The position numbers and the translations under genes are program-made. From positions 19,009 through 83,008 of the forward strand of contig JAFYCS010000095.1 in NCBI GenBank assembly GCA_017539565.1: a stretch of DNA of 64,000 bases. The letters run 5' to 3'. The notes beneath the pieces were generated by a model, which saw only the letters and a program-made list of their open reading frames with translations, was not told where the DNA came from and searched no databases. Below are positions 46,701 to 55,426 of the stretch, in pieces. Source of the DNA: Lachnospiraceae bacterium (lineage in GTDB: Bacteria > Bacillota > Clostridia > Lachnospirales > Lachnospiraceae). Position 1 is the first letter of the stretch, and every line of letters starts with the position of its first letter.

Positions 46701-49700
46701 GATCCTTTTATTGTTATATTTACGATACCACCTTTAACATTAAGATCTGTTTCCTCAATACCATTTCCTTCATCATTGATAATATCAAGACTTCCGCCAC
46801 CAACACATATTCCATGTCCGGCTCTCAATGCAAAACCGTCTTTTTTACTCTTTTTTACCAGTACTTTACCGGTAATATATAATTCTCCACCCACTTCCAC
46901 AGCTTTTGAAAAAGCATCTGCATCGTTTATAGCAGTGAGTGAACCCTGCGGTCTTACATCTGCATCATGTTTAACAACTATCGCAGATAATGAACTGCCT
47001 GCGCAGTTCGCACTTAAGCTGCCTTCATCTACAATAAGATCCTTACCGACGGTCACACCTGTGTTTTGGGATCCGATCACAACATCACCGTTCACTACCA
47101 GATCTTCTTCAGCAAAAATACCGCATTCTTTTACAACAAAATTAAGATTACCGTTAATTGTAAGTTTATCTTCTGAATAGATTCCAAAAGTATCAGCCGG
47201 AAGAGCACTGATATCAGATGTAATATCACCTTCGATAATAAGCTCATCCTTTGAATAAATAATGGCATTTTTTGTTGCAGCATCCAATCCGTTTACACCG
47301 GTAACATTTCCGCTGAAAGTCAGGGTCTTTGTAACTTCATTATAGGATGCGCTTCCGCCTCCAAGTATTCCCGGGATATTATCTTTATTCAGGCTTGTCA
47401 CCTGCTTATCACCTACCCAAAGGTTGTATTTTTCAAGCTTCTCGATACGAACCTTCTTTGCAGGGTCAGTGGTGCCTTTTTCAACAACCGTAGTATTGTC
47501 CGCCGGAAACTCGCCATCCTCCGGTATGGTTATCTCATAGCCTGCAGCTTTAACAATACCCTCACTTGCCCATACTGCCTGTGAAGCGCTTTCTGCTTCC
47601 AGAACACCGGATTTCAGTATAAGCTTTTTAGACGTAGATACCGCGTGGTTTGTACTGCCGTTTTCAGCAAATAATCCTTCTCCGTCAAGAGTTATGTTTC
47701 CGGGACACTTAACCGTCGAATCACTGCCATTACTCTCCGCAGTAAGTTTTCCGTTCACACAGATCTCACCATTCACGGCAAGCACAGCCTCATCTTTACC
47801 ATAAACATCTATATCACCATCGATTGTAAGCCTGCTTCCATATACATATATTCCCGTGTGCGCATTTGTATCCTTTATAGAAGCCTTACCCTTTATAGTC
47901 AGGCCTAAAACATCCATGCTGTAGATCTTATACTTGATCCCAGCATTTTCGTAGGAAGTGCTGATCCCTGTTACATCACCGTTGAATGTAAGCGTCCTGG
48001 TGACTTCATTATAGGAAGCGGTTCCGCCCTCAACAGGAATGCTGTTCTTATTCTCTTCGGTAACCTGGGTTTCACCTATCCATACAGGATATGTGACCTC
48101 ACTCTCCAGCTTAACTTTCTTAGCAGGAGCGGTCTCATTCTCATCTACGATGGTATCTCCCTTGGTCTTTCCGTTTACAGGATAAGCTATCGTCACATCC
48201 GGTTCCAATGTAACACCATCTCCTGCCTCTATTGCTTTTCCCGTATCAGAGGTTACTTCAGCCTCAAGTATTCCCGACTCCATATAAAACTTATTTCCGC
48301 AATGGATTCCGGTATCCTTTGCATTTACAGACATAATCGCTCCGTAAATACTCATATTTTTACAGGTAACGGCATCGTTATTCTCTGAATTGATGTTTAT
48401 CTTTCCGCCATTAAGGATCACATCATCATCAACCAAAAGGCTTGCCTCAGACGGAGCGCTCCCGTTTATTTCTATCTGAGCACCCTCAGCTTTAAAACTG
48501 CCATCCACAATTATCGCATTATTACGCTTGCTTTCTGCCCACAGTTTTCCGCCATATAAATTCATATCGCCAAAGCAATATATACCCCTCACAGTCGCTG
48601 CTGATTCTTCCGAAAGGGCATTTACACTAAGGCTTCCATTAAATACCTTTATACTTAAGGATGCATTTACAACACTTCCTGTTTCCATATTTCCTGTTGC
48701 TTCAAGTTCACCTTCTTCAACAGTAATATTCTGCGCATTAACTGCAACACCGGCAGTGCTTGATGTACTTTCTGCCTTAGCTTTACCGCCTATATTAAGG
48801 TCCATCATCGAATATATTGCATATTCCTTTGCCTTAACCGAAATATTACCATTTATTGTGAGACTTGCAGCTGTACCGCCTGCATCTATTCCACATTCGG
48901 CTTCATCACTGTCAAATGTAGCATCACCTTCTATAGTCAGATCTTCTTCCGCATAAATATATGTCTTTTTTCCATAGTAAGTACAAAGATTCTCAACACC
49001 TGTTACATTACCGGTAAATGTAAGCGTTCTGCTTTCCGGATCAAAACTTGCCTTACCACCACCAAGAATTCCTTCAATATTATCCTTATTCTCGCTGGTT
49101 ACTTTATTATTTCCTACCCAGATACCATAATCCTCCGGTTTTGTCAGATGTACTGAAGTAACAGGATTTCCGTCTGAATCTACCAAACCCTTCATTCCAT
49201 CACTGTAGTCAGGTGCTGTCTCAGGATCTTTCCAAAGCATCTGAGTGCCAACCGTGATACTGTTTTTTACTTTCTGGATAGCAGCGGCTGTACCGGATAA
49301 CGTTATATCACCACCATTGAGTTCTACGTACCCGAAATAATTCGTAGCAGAACCTATAGCCACGCTACCCTCACCACTGGCAGTAACTATTACCGTTCCT
49401 CCATTTATAGTTATTTTACCGTCACTGGGAACTCCGTCACGTGAACCTATACCCACACTTTTTTCATCGGACATATCAATCTTGACGGTTCCTCTGTTTA
49501 TCGTTACATTCTTACCGCTCATTGCAGCAGAATGTCCTCTCATAAGCATAATATCTATAGGCAACGGAGTATGTACCGTCAGGTCTATATTTCCGCCATT
49601 TACCACAACGTCACCATTTGCCTCAACCGCCGAGGCAAAATTAGCACCTACACCGACTTTTACATCACAACCATCATAAAAAGTGATCGTTCCGTCAGTA

Positions 49701-50170
49701 CGAATACCTGTTGACCAGCTCTTATCACTAACCTCTATCTTTCCGTATATATCTGTATCTCCGGACACATTGTTTATGGAACGTCCTTTAAGATCCATAC
49801 TAAGATCTGCATCTTCAGATATTATAAGCTTTCCGTTACAGCCTATAGCGCCTATTTCACCATCAAAAGCTGCTTTTCCGTGGATCGTTAAGCTTTTATC
49901 CGAATAAACCTGAAAATAATCGGCTCCTTCTTTATGACTTCCATCCACACCCTCAAAATCATCAAAGGTTAGAACGTTTGTCCCGGATATAACTGTTAAT
50001 GTTACACTACCTTTGCTCGTACCCGCTACGGGAGTACCCTCAACCATCTCCTGGTCTCCGATCCACACGCCACTGCCCGCATGTACCTTTAATTCAGGTA
50101 TGGGCACGCTCACCATGATCATGATGAATGTCATCAGGATACTTAAGAAACGTTTCGTTTTCTTGCTCAT
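43760..50170 (-). CDS. Giant secreted surface protein (2136 aa from the signal-peptide Met): five ~270-aa repeats each opening with the WVG-QVT-NKDNI-GGG-ASY module, one Listeria-Bacteroides repeat, multiple Ig-like domains
   Basis: Signal peptide 'MSKKTKRFLSILMTFIMIMVSVPIPELKVHA' (ATG 50170, RBS AAGGAGG; the ORF track extends to 50215). Repeats 'IWVGNNKVTSENKDNIEGILGGGKASFDPESRTLTFTGNVTGV', 'VWIGETQVTEENKNSIPVEGGTASYNEVTRTLTFNGDVTGI', 'LWVGDKQVTSLNKDNIPGILGGGSASYNEVTKTLTFSGNVTGV', 'VWVGSTQVTDENQEKIPGIVGGGKASYDPVSKTLIFTGDVTGV'. Confidence 0.8.
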   Translation of the reverse strand: MSKKTKRFLSILMTFIMIMVSVPIPELKVHAGSGVWIGDQEMVEGTPVAGTSKGSVTLTVISGTNVLTFDDFEGVDGSHKEGADYFQVYSDKSLTIHGKAAFDGEIGAIGCNGKLIISEDADLSMDLKGRSINNVSGDTDIYGKIEVSDKSWSTGIRTDGTITFYDGCDVKVGVGANFASAVEANGDVVVNGGNIDLTVHTPLPIDIMLMRGHSAAMSGKNVTINRGTVKIDMSDEKSVGIGSRDGVPSDGKITINGGTVIVTASGEGSVAIGSATNYFGYVELNGGDITLSGTAAAIQKVKNSITVGTQMLWKDPETAPDYSDGMKGLVDSDGNPVTSVHLTKPEDYGIWVGNNKVTSENKDNIEGILGGGKASFDPESRTLTFTGNVTGVENLCTYYGKKTYIYAEEDLTIEGDATFDSDEAECGIDAGGTAASLTINGNISVKAKEYAIYSMMDLNIGGKAKAESTSSTAGVAVNAQNITVEEGELEATGNMETGSVVNASLSIKVFNGSLSVNALSEESAATVRGIYCFGDMNLYGGKLWAESKRNNAIIVDGSFKAEGAQIEINGSAPSEASLLVDDDVILNGGKININSENNDAVTCKNMSIYGAIMSVNAKDTGIHCGNKFYMESGILEAEVTSDTGKAIEAGDGVTLEPDVTIAYPVNGKTKGDTIVDENETAPAKKVKLESEVTYPVWIGETQVTEENKNSIPVEGGTASYNEVTRTLTFNGDVTGISTSYENAGIKYKIYSMDVLGLTIKGKASIKDTNAHTGIYVYGSRLTIDGDIDVYGKDEAVLAVNGEICVNGKLTAESNGSDSTVKCPGNITLDGEGLFAENGSTNHAVSTSKKLILKSGVLEAESASQAVWASEGIVKAAGYEITIPEDGEFPADNTTVVEKGTTDPAKKVRIEKLEKYNLWVGDKQVTSLNKDNIPGILGGGSASYNEVTKTLTFSGNVTGVNGLDAATKNAIIYSKDELIIEGDITSDISALPADTFGIYSEDKLTINGNLNFVVKECGIFAEEDLVVNGDVVIGSQNTGVTVGKDLIVDEGSLSANCAGSSLSAIVVKHDADVRPQGSLTAINDADAFSKAVEVGGELYITGKVLVKKSKKDGFALRAGHGICVGGGSLDIINDEGNGIEETDLNVKGGIVNITIKGSEYSAPIHNSTGYGVKIEGGILNVVTEKNKGIYCPAGKFEISGGQVNVEAGSTAIEADEFKMTGGRLTAWNKAKTADSAIKSSKDIDLSDDVDIVDPVGGKISDDKKTIVNNDDTVANKVVLSAPTKYNVWVGSTQVTDENQEKIPGIVGGGKASYDPVSKTLIFTGDVTGVTGLSTDGSQIYATENITITGKASLENEEADYGIHVLGYGVNVKGDLNVSAKTSAIRTEGDISISGSVVAKSGVSSEATVQTALDSKIILEAGSVNVEKTGTAGYGAISAKDLVINGGVLKARSATGKAIEVAGSITIPADFEVSEPEGGKISADGKSIVDETDAPAQSVTIEQKGVKYTVSFNMCDHGTAVLTQIIVSGNTAVKPADPTETGFTFRGWFTEKEYINEYDFSTPVTENITLYAKWTDNAPSELVSISINKAPDKTVYLVGESFDPAGMVVSANYADSKDNRIVEDYTYTPTGALVSGNTVIIVSYTEGGITKTASQNIVVKDSIIPGPDEDADVWNLFEETDRTFDIYAISAGAEIPNTNVKSAKFYNATLNGNTIDVELKAGVNRKTAAKPANTVLEFRLASGETVEYVMPVQYVKPAFKLSSTSATIKNGAATVIKTQLLYKTKGGNFEPYDLSAAEVKYGSMDVSGDMDGNISFVASAAMSGIKLSVKEEEWESAVELKFKVKAVSNDVLSVDMGSLKTVVLNTNSADQKYTFDLMLNGKDVTPADNIEISCKAPGIASVNAAGKLEISLPATAPKAGNYTVTLAKGKAKAKVKVKISAKTLSDAITMKIQSKYDVVTGQKMVVVPVFKDAGMEILDVSSTTADITAELNDGGNIEIEYTGSALNAKNLKMGDIALKLELDGVADPVSVTLKNVKAKKSTPKVKASVVNISAAAAGEVKGSVNIISTYKDGSGKYHLIAPVSVEIVSQKKAIAEKNAADMTEINIKSMDAKSGSVKVKLTYPGGVTKNVTIKVKKK

Positions 50171-50298
50171 GTCTGCCTCCTTTTTTGACAATACAACCCC
50201 CTCATCAGGGCACACTACATTTTAGTATACACCCGACAAATTATTAAAATCACCCGTGAAATTATAGATTATGACGTGAGTGAGATTATATAAGATCC

Positions 50299-50335
50299 TT
50301 CGCTTCACTCAGGATGACATGAATACTCAGGATAG
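50299..50335 (-). promoter_or_regulatory. Motif M, copy 2, upstream of the giant surface-protein gene; immediately followed on the minus strand by TTATATAAT (-10-like)
   Basis: TTCGCTTCACTCAGGATGACATG vs TTCGCTTCGCTCAGGATGACACG at 40773-40795. Confidence 0.45.
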
Positions 50336-50343
50336 ATATTAAA

Positions 50344-51828
50344 TCAGTTCTTTTTACGCGATGCGAAGAATGCACCAAGGCCTACAGCAGCCATGACAGC
50401 GCATATGAAGGCCATGATGGCAGAGCGTTCGTCCGTCTCTTCATCAGCTTCTTCATATTCATCTTCTGTATATCTGCGCCTTTTATGCTTTCTGTGGGTT
50501 TTACGTACGGTCCTGTCAGAATCTGATTCTTCCAGACTCAGATATTCATCCTCATCTACCTCGGCTGCCTCTTTTGAAAGATAACCCTCGGCATCAACAA
50601 GGGTCAGATTCCTGGTATCTCCCAGATCCAGCATATCCAGCTCTTCTTCATCCGCTTTTCCGGATTTCTTCTGTTTCTCTGCTTTTACCGCTTCGGTTTT
50701 AACAACGGCTTCCGATTCAGGTTCTGCTTTTCCTGACTTCTTCCGCTTCTCTACCTTTACCGGTACAGCTTTATCAACAGCTTCCTGCTCAGCTTCCGTA
50801 AGTTCCTCAGAGATCACTTCTTCAAGTGTTTCCTCCTCAGGCTTTGCCACCTTTCTTATTACAGCCTTCTTGCGGCAGCCCAGCATATAAAGTATAAAAC
50901 CGGTCAGGAACATACCCACACAGGAGATGGTCATATATCCGTAATAAGTCAGGTGCTGATCAGAATAACGCTGCACCATATATTCCATCATTCCGGTTGT
51001 CGTCATTGCACCGGCCTGTGCCAGCCACAATAACACGTAATACCACTTAAATCCGCGGCGTTTGACCGCACGGATACTGAAGGCTATGGTCAATACCAGG
51101 ATGCATACGCCGTCAAAGATCTGCAGGATACTGACAAATCCGTTGAAGGGAAAATACTCCGCATCATAACGGGTACTGTCCAGTATAAACTGCCCTGCGC
51201 TGAATATCAGAAGGAAAAGGCAGGCTGTAGAACCATACTCTTTCTTCTTAACATAGTAAAACTCCGTGCAGATATATGCCAGAATGAACATAAACACCGC
51301 ACTCCAGAAGAAGGTTGCAAAGCGGTAGCTCAGCTCCCCGGCTTCAGGTACGGGCGATGCATAAGGCAGATGCTGCATGGAAGGAGTATCTACGGTGAAT
51401 TTACCGCGGCAGTTATAATTGAACAGGCAGGACAGATACATAAGCCCCATGCCCATGGATGTGGCCGGAGCCAGGGCATCCAGAAATGCCGGCAGGTTTC
51501 TGTTAAGGCGCAGGCATCTCACCAATACTGCTGCCAGGAAGAGCCCGGGCAATATACCCAGCATCGAAAAACATCCTATATTAAAGTCTTCAAGCGCCTG
51601 TGAAAAACCTTTATACTGCTCTACATGAGCATACCAGTATAAAAGCCTTGAACTTATGGCTCCCAGCAGCACCGCAAAGGGAAGAAACACCCATGATGCC
51701 AGCCTTTTGCCCTTGTTCGCGCAGTATAACGAGTGGAAACTGCAGAACCACGCCGGTATAGCCATCACTATTATGATGGCATCCCAATGTATCTGTGTAT
51801 TGTCAACGATTATCGCTATCGGGTTCAT
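50344..51828 (-). CDS. Polytopic membrane protein with long Lys/Glu/Asp-rich disordered C-terminal tail ending in a TM anchor; hypothetical
   Basis: 494 aa. About 8 TM, then 'EEETLEEVISEELTEAEQEAVDKAVPVKVEKRKKSGKAEPESE...', then C-terminal 'AIMAFICAVMAAVGLGAFFASRKKN'. 4-nt overlap with the upstream gene. Confidence 0.5.
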   Translation of the reverse strand: MNPIAIIVDNTQIHWDAIIIVMAIPAWFCSFHSLYCANKGKRLASWVFLPFAVLLGAISSRLLYWYAHVEQYKGFSQALEDFNIGCFSMLGILPGLFLAAVLVRCLRLNRNLPAFLDALAPATSMGMGLMYLSCLFNYNCRGKFTVDTPSMQHLPYASPVPEAGELSYRFATFFWSAVFMFILAYICTEFYYVKKKEYGSTACLFLLIFSAGQFILDSTRYDAEYFPFNGFVSILQIFDGVCILVLTIAFSIRAVKRRGFKWYYVLLWLAQAGAMTTTGMMEYMVQRYSDQHLTYYGYMTISCVGMFLTGFILYMLGCRKKAVIRKVAKPEEETLEEVISEELTEAEQEAVDKAVPVKVEKRKKSGKAEPESEAVVKTEAVKAEKQKKSGKADEEELDMLDLGDTRNLTLVDAEGYLSKEAAEVDEDEYLSLEESDSDRTVRKTHRKHKRRRYTEDEYEEADEETDERSAIMAFICAVMAAVGLGAFFASRKKN

Positions 51829-53621
51829 TTATTCTCATCCTCCGGCAATGCCGTATCAAAACAGATGATATCGCTGACAAAACGCTCATTGCGGTAATCT
51901 ACCGGATTGAACATCTGGTTATTGAGTACGATCTCGGCAGTCTGTCCGCCGTCCACGGCATAGGCGCGCTCTACACCCATGTCCTTCATGGCCTTCTTTG
52001 AATCTTCTATATTACCGCCATAGTTCATGGTCATCAGCAGGTAATGCCCGCTGCCGCGCTGTCCCAGGGCGGATCTTGAATAAATCTCCCCTACCTGTCC
52101 CAGCAGGTATGAAGGTGAACTGGGATGTATCTCATAATTCTCCACCAGCACCGGTCCGAAGGCCAGTGTAAAGAGTATGTCATTATCCTTTATATACTGC
52201 TCCGCTTCTTCCTTGGTCTTAAGTTCATTGGCATAAGTAAAGTTGAGGTTTCCTGAGGAATCCACATGGCAGAGCTCCAGCTGTCCGGGGTTAAAACGAT
52301 AGAGTGTACGCTGATAACTGGTAACACCCACGGTACGGAATTTATAGAAATCGCCGTTAAGGGCTATTACAGCATTGGCTTCTTTTGCCAGTGCCGATGC
52401 AGGCTTATGCACGGCTGAACCATAGGTATCTTCCGTAAGCTTGCGGCGAAGCTGGGAAGGATCCGCAATATAAATGTCCGCAAAGGTACAATTCTTCATA
52501 TTATAAGTCTCACGCCATGCTATGACCACTATGGTCTCATCAGCATAGTAGTTAAAACTGCCTTCCCGCAGTTTGATATCCTTATTCCAGAAAGGTTCGT
52601 CTATACCGGTAAGTCTGGGATATTGATCCAGTATTGCCTGTATGACTTCGGGATCGTCGGTCTTGCCGTATTTATCACGGTTGGGAGCAGGAGGAACCAA
52701 TACATCCTCAGCTATGGTGTAATGCTTGGGTATATATGTCAGCTCGCCCAAGACTTCGCTCTTTGCATTATTTGCAAAATTCGCACCTGCCGTCGAACCG
52801 CCGGCAAATGCGATCAGCATATCATCAGCGGGATCGATCATCCAGCTGCCGTTTGTATAATCCAGTGACAGATCAAGACAGGTACTTACATAGTAGTCCT
52901 GCGCATTTTCCAGTATCTTTGCCACGCTGTCATGATATACTTCATCAAGTATCTCAGGCTTGTAGTTCTCATTTTCATCATAGACTTCGTCTTTTCTGCG
53001 CTCATCGACCACCTGCTTAAGCTCTTCCGTAACATTTTCACGTATGGGACCGGGCAGGGCATTTAAGTCAAGATAAGTAAACTCAACCGTCTGCACGGCG
53101 TGGGTTTTTTCCATCATAGCTGTACCGTAAAGGGAATAGGAGAAGCTGGACTTGAGCGCTTCATAATAGAGAGAATCCGTATCGCTCATTTCTTCCGGAA
53201 ACTGGATCAGCTGGCGCGGTGAAGCCAGATCCTTCGCAGCCGCTTCCAGATCCCCGGCAACCACACTGTCAAAGAAATGGGCCACCTTATTCTCCGGTGT
53301 ATCCCCGGGCAGAAATACCAGGGTTCCCTCTGCATCTGCCACTATGCAGCTGAAGATCAGCAGACATACAAACATGGCAGAAACGGTAGACCAGATTATC
53401 TCCCGGCGCTTCTTTATCGCGGACCTCAGATTCCTTACAAAAAAGCATACAAAAACAACGCCCACAGCCCACAACAGAAGAACATGGTTATAATCCATGT
53501 TCTTAACACAGGCTATAGCGTTCTTAACACTGTATTCTAATATAGTAAAAATGTTATCCGACACGGGGGATATTTTATCATATTTGACTAAAAAGACAAG
53601 AGAAAATAAAAAAAGGATCAA
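51825..53621 (-). CDS. Phosphodiester glycosidase (NAGPA/DUF2233) family protein, membrane-anchored
   Basis: 598 aa. C-terminal 'AVIALNGDFYKF...' and 'AYAVDGGQTAEIVL' match NAGPA-domain hallmarks. N-terminal TM; the true start may be the internal Met at ~53498. Confidence 0.6.
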   Translation of the reverse strand: MILFLFSLVFLVKYDKISPVSDNIFTILEYSVKNAIACVKNMDYNHVLLLWAVGVVFVCFFVRNLRSAIKKRREIIWSTVSAMFVCLLIFSCIVADAEGTLVFLPGDTPENKVAHFFDSVVAGDLEAAAKDLASPRQLIQFPEEMSDTDSLYYEALKSSFSYSLYGTAMMEKTHAVQTVEFTYLDLNALPGPIRENVTEELKQVVDERRKDEVYDENENYKPEILDEVYHDSVAKILENAQDYYVSTCLDLSLDYTNGSWMIDPADDMLIAFAGGSTAGANFANNAKSEVLGELTYIPKHYTIAEDVLVPPAPNRDKYGKTDDPEVIQAILDQYPRLTGIDEPFWNKDIKLREGSFNYYADETIVVIAWRETYNMKNCTFADIYIADPSQLRRKLTEDTYGSAVHKPASALAKEANAVIALNGDFYKFRTVGVTSYQRTLYRFNPGQLELCHVDSSGNLNFTYANELKTKEEAEQYIKDNDILFTLAFGPVLVENYEIHPSSPSYLLGQVGEIYSRSALGQRGSGHYLLMTMNYGGNIEDSKKAMKDMGVERAYAVDGGQTAEIVLNNQMFNPVDYRNERFVSDIICFDTALPEDENK

Positions 53622-53662
53622 AAGGGTCAGACCCCCACGTGGGAAGTCTGACCCTCATTTTT

Positions 53663-55405
53663 TTACTCAGTCACATTAAGCTTGATCGTAATGGTCTGTC
53701 CGTTCAGTTTGCCCGTGATCTTTGCACTTCCTGTTCCGCGCGCTGTCACAATGCCATCTTCGCCAACGTATGCTATTTCGCTCTTATTGCACTTATAGAT
53801 CAGACCCAAAGTGCATTTCTCCGGCTTTATATTCGCAGACTCACCCTTTTTCAAAGTAAGTGAATAACTGCTGCCCTTTTTCTCCAGCGTTTTGATCGAA
53901 GGATCATCAACATATACCGATACTACCCAGGTAAAACCTTCATACTGTCCCGTGATATCGACCACACCGGCTTCAACTCCGGTTATCTTATTTCCGTCGA
54001 TCTTGACCACGTTGTCAAACTCCGGTTTCCATTCCACTTTCTCTTTCAGGCCGCTGATCTTGATCGTTTTTGACTTGCCTGTATTAAGATGCAGTTCCTT
54101 AAACCATGTATCCTCAACTCTTATCGTGATCACCACATCATTCGCACTGCCGCCTTTTGCGGTAAGTACGGTCTCCCCCGCACCGATAGCTGTCAGTTTT
54201 CCGCTCTTGGTGATACGTACCACGGAATCCTGGAAAACACAGCCCTTCGGAAGATCGGCTGCCGCTATCTGTGTATCTGATGACCATTCAGCCTTCTTGG
54301 GCTTGAACCCGGCTATCTTTATATTAACGCTCTGCAGCGGCTCAAGTTCAACCGGCTTGCTGAAATCCTTCTTTGATTTATCAAAATCTTTAACCTTGAT
54401 ATTGCACTTAAACTGCACTCCGTTAACATAAGCGCTTACAACGGCAGTACCCTTGCTGAAAGGATACAGATATCCGTTTTCATCTACCCCTACAATATCC
54501 CTGTTGCTGCTTTCATAAACTACTTCCATACCATCGGCGCCCAAAAGATCAACATTCTGCAGCTTTCCTATATACAGTTCCTTCTTTTTCTCTGCAAAAG
54601 TGATATCCTTAACAGTTACACTGACAGTCTGTCCGTCACGCTTGATAGTTGTGCTGCCTGTTGCTTTTACGCTTACCTTACCCTTGCTGACGGAAACGAT
54701 CTTCTTATTATCGCTTGTCCAGTCCTTCTGACCCAGCATAAACTTCTGTCCCTTTACCAGGGTAAGCTCTGTAGTATCATCTGTTATCTCCGGCTGGGGA
54801 TCCAGAGCCCCGAATCCTCCGGGTATATGGGCAGGCACGGGATCCTTCTCACCGTCGGGAACAGCCTTGAAGCAGATCGCCTCAAGCCCAACTACCTTTA
54901 ATGAATAAGATCCGTCCTTATTTGCTTTAAGTTTGCCACTTATGTCTTCATCAATAAGTTTATTGAAAGCCGTAACCTTATATTTAAGTTTGCTGTCATA
55001 ATTCTTGGGGATCACGGTGACGGTAGTATCGCTCTTTCCGTCAGACACATAAGCAAGATATTGACCTTCCGTAAATACCAGCTCTCCTTCATAATACGAT
55101 GTCAGCTTAGCTGCCTCTTCAGCAGTAAGCTTATGGATATTATTCTCCGAATCCGGATAAGGCTCCACACCATCCATCTCTTCGATCCAGACAATCTGTT
55201 CATAATTGCCATAAACGGAATAATCCAGGGCAGCTTCCTCTTCCTGCACATCTTCCGCAGTGTCCTCTGTTATCTCTGCGGTATTCTCCGAAATGATCTC
55301 TCCTGTCTCTATATCCGCAGCAATAACTTCCGGCATGCACTGCCCGCCTCCAAGCATTGCCGGCAACAGTAAAAGGGTAAATAAACGTTTGATCCGATTT
55401 TTCAT
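53663..55405 (-). CDS. Secreted surface protein with Big_2 Ig-like domains (paralog of the other surface proteins)
   Basis: 580 aa. Signal peptide 'MKNRIKRLFTLLLLPAMLGG'. 'LTLVKGQKFMLG' and C-terminal '...GQTITIKLNVTE' shared with paralogs. Confidence 0.7.
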   Translation of the reverse strand: MKNRIKRLFTLLLLPAMLGGGQCMPEVIAADIETGEIISENTAEITEDTAEDVQEEEAALDYSVYGNYEQIVWIEEMDGVEPYPDSENNIHKLTAEEAAKLTSYYEGELVFTEGQYLAYVSDGKSDTTVTVIPKNYDSKLKYKVTAFNKLIDEDISGKLKANKDGSYSLKVVGLEAICFKAVPDGEKDPVPAHIPGGFGALDPQPEITDDTTELTLVKGQKFMLGQKDWTSDNKKIVSVSKGKVSVKATGSTTIKRDGQTVSVTVKDITFAEKKKELYIGKLQNVDLLGADGMEVVYESSNRDIVGVDENGYLYPFSKGTAVVSAYVNGVQFKCNIKVKDFDKSKKDFSKPVELEPLQSVNIKIAGFKPKKAEWSSDTQIAAADLPKGCVFQDSVVRITKSGKLTAIGAGETVLTAKGGSANDVVITIRVEDTWFKELHLNTGKSKTIKISGLKEKVEWKPEFDNVVKIDGNKITGVEAGVVDITGQYEGFTWVVSVYVDDPSIKTLEKKGSSYSLTLKKGESANIKPEKCTLGLIYKCNKSEIAYVGEDGIVTARGTGSAKITGKLNGQTITIKLNVTE

Positions 55406-55426
55406 ATCAGTTCTCCTTTATATTTT

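Noticed and set aside
43971-49907. Many 60-170-aa ORFs on the plus strand inside the giant surface-protein gene (e.g. 43971-44414, 46677-47180, 48528-48956, 49683-49907)
   Set aside because: They lie antisense to a continuous 6.4-kb CDS with strong repeat structure. Their translations are low-complexity Ser/Pro/Leu/Ala-rich strings typical of antisense frames of Gly/Asp/Thr/Asn-rich genes. No RBS or coherent domain signal.
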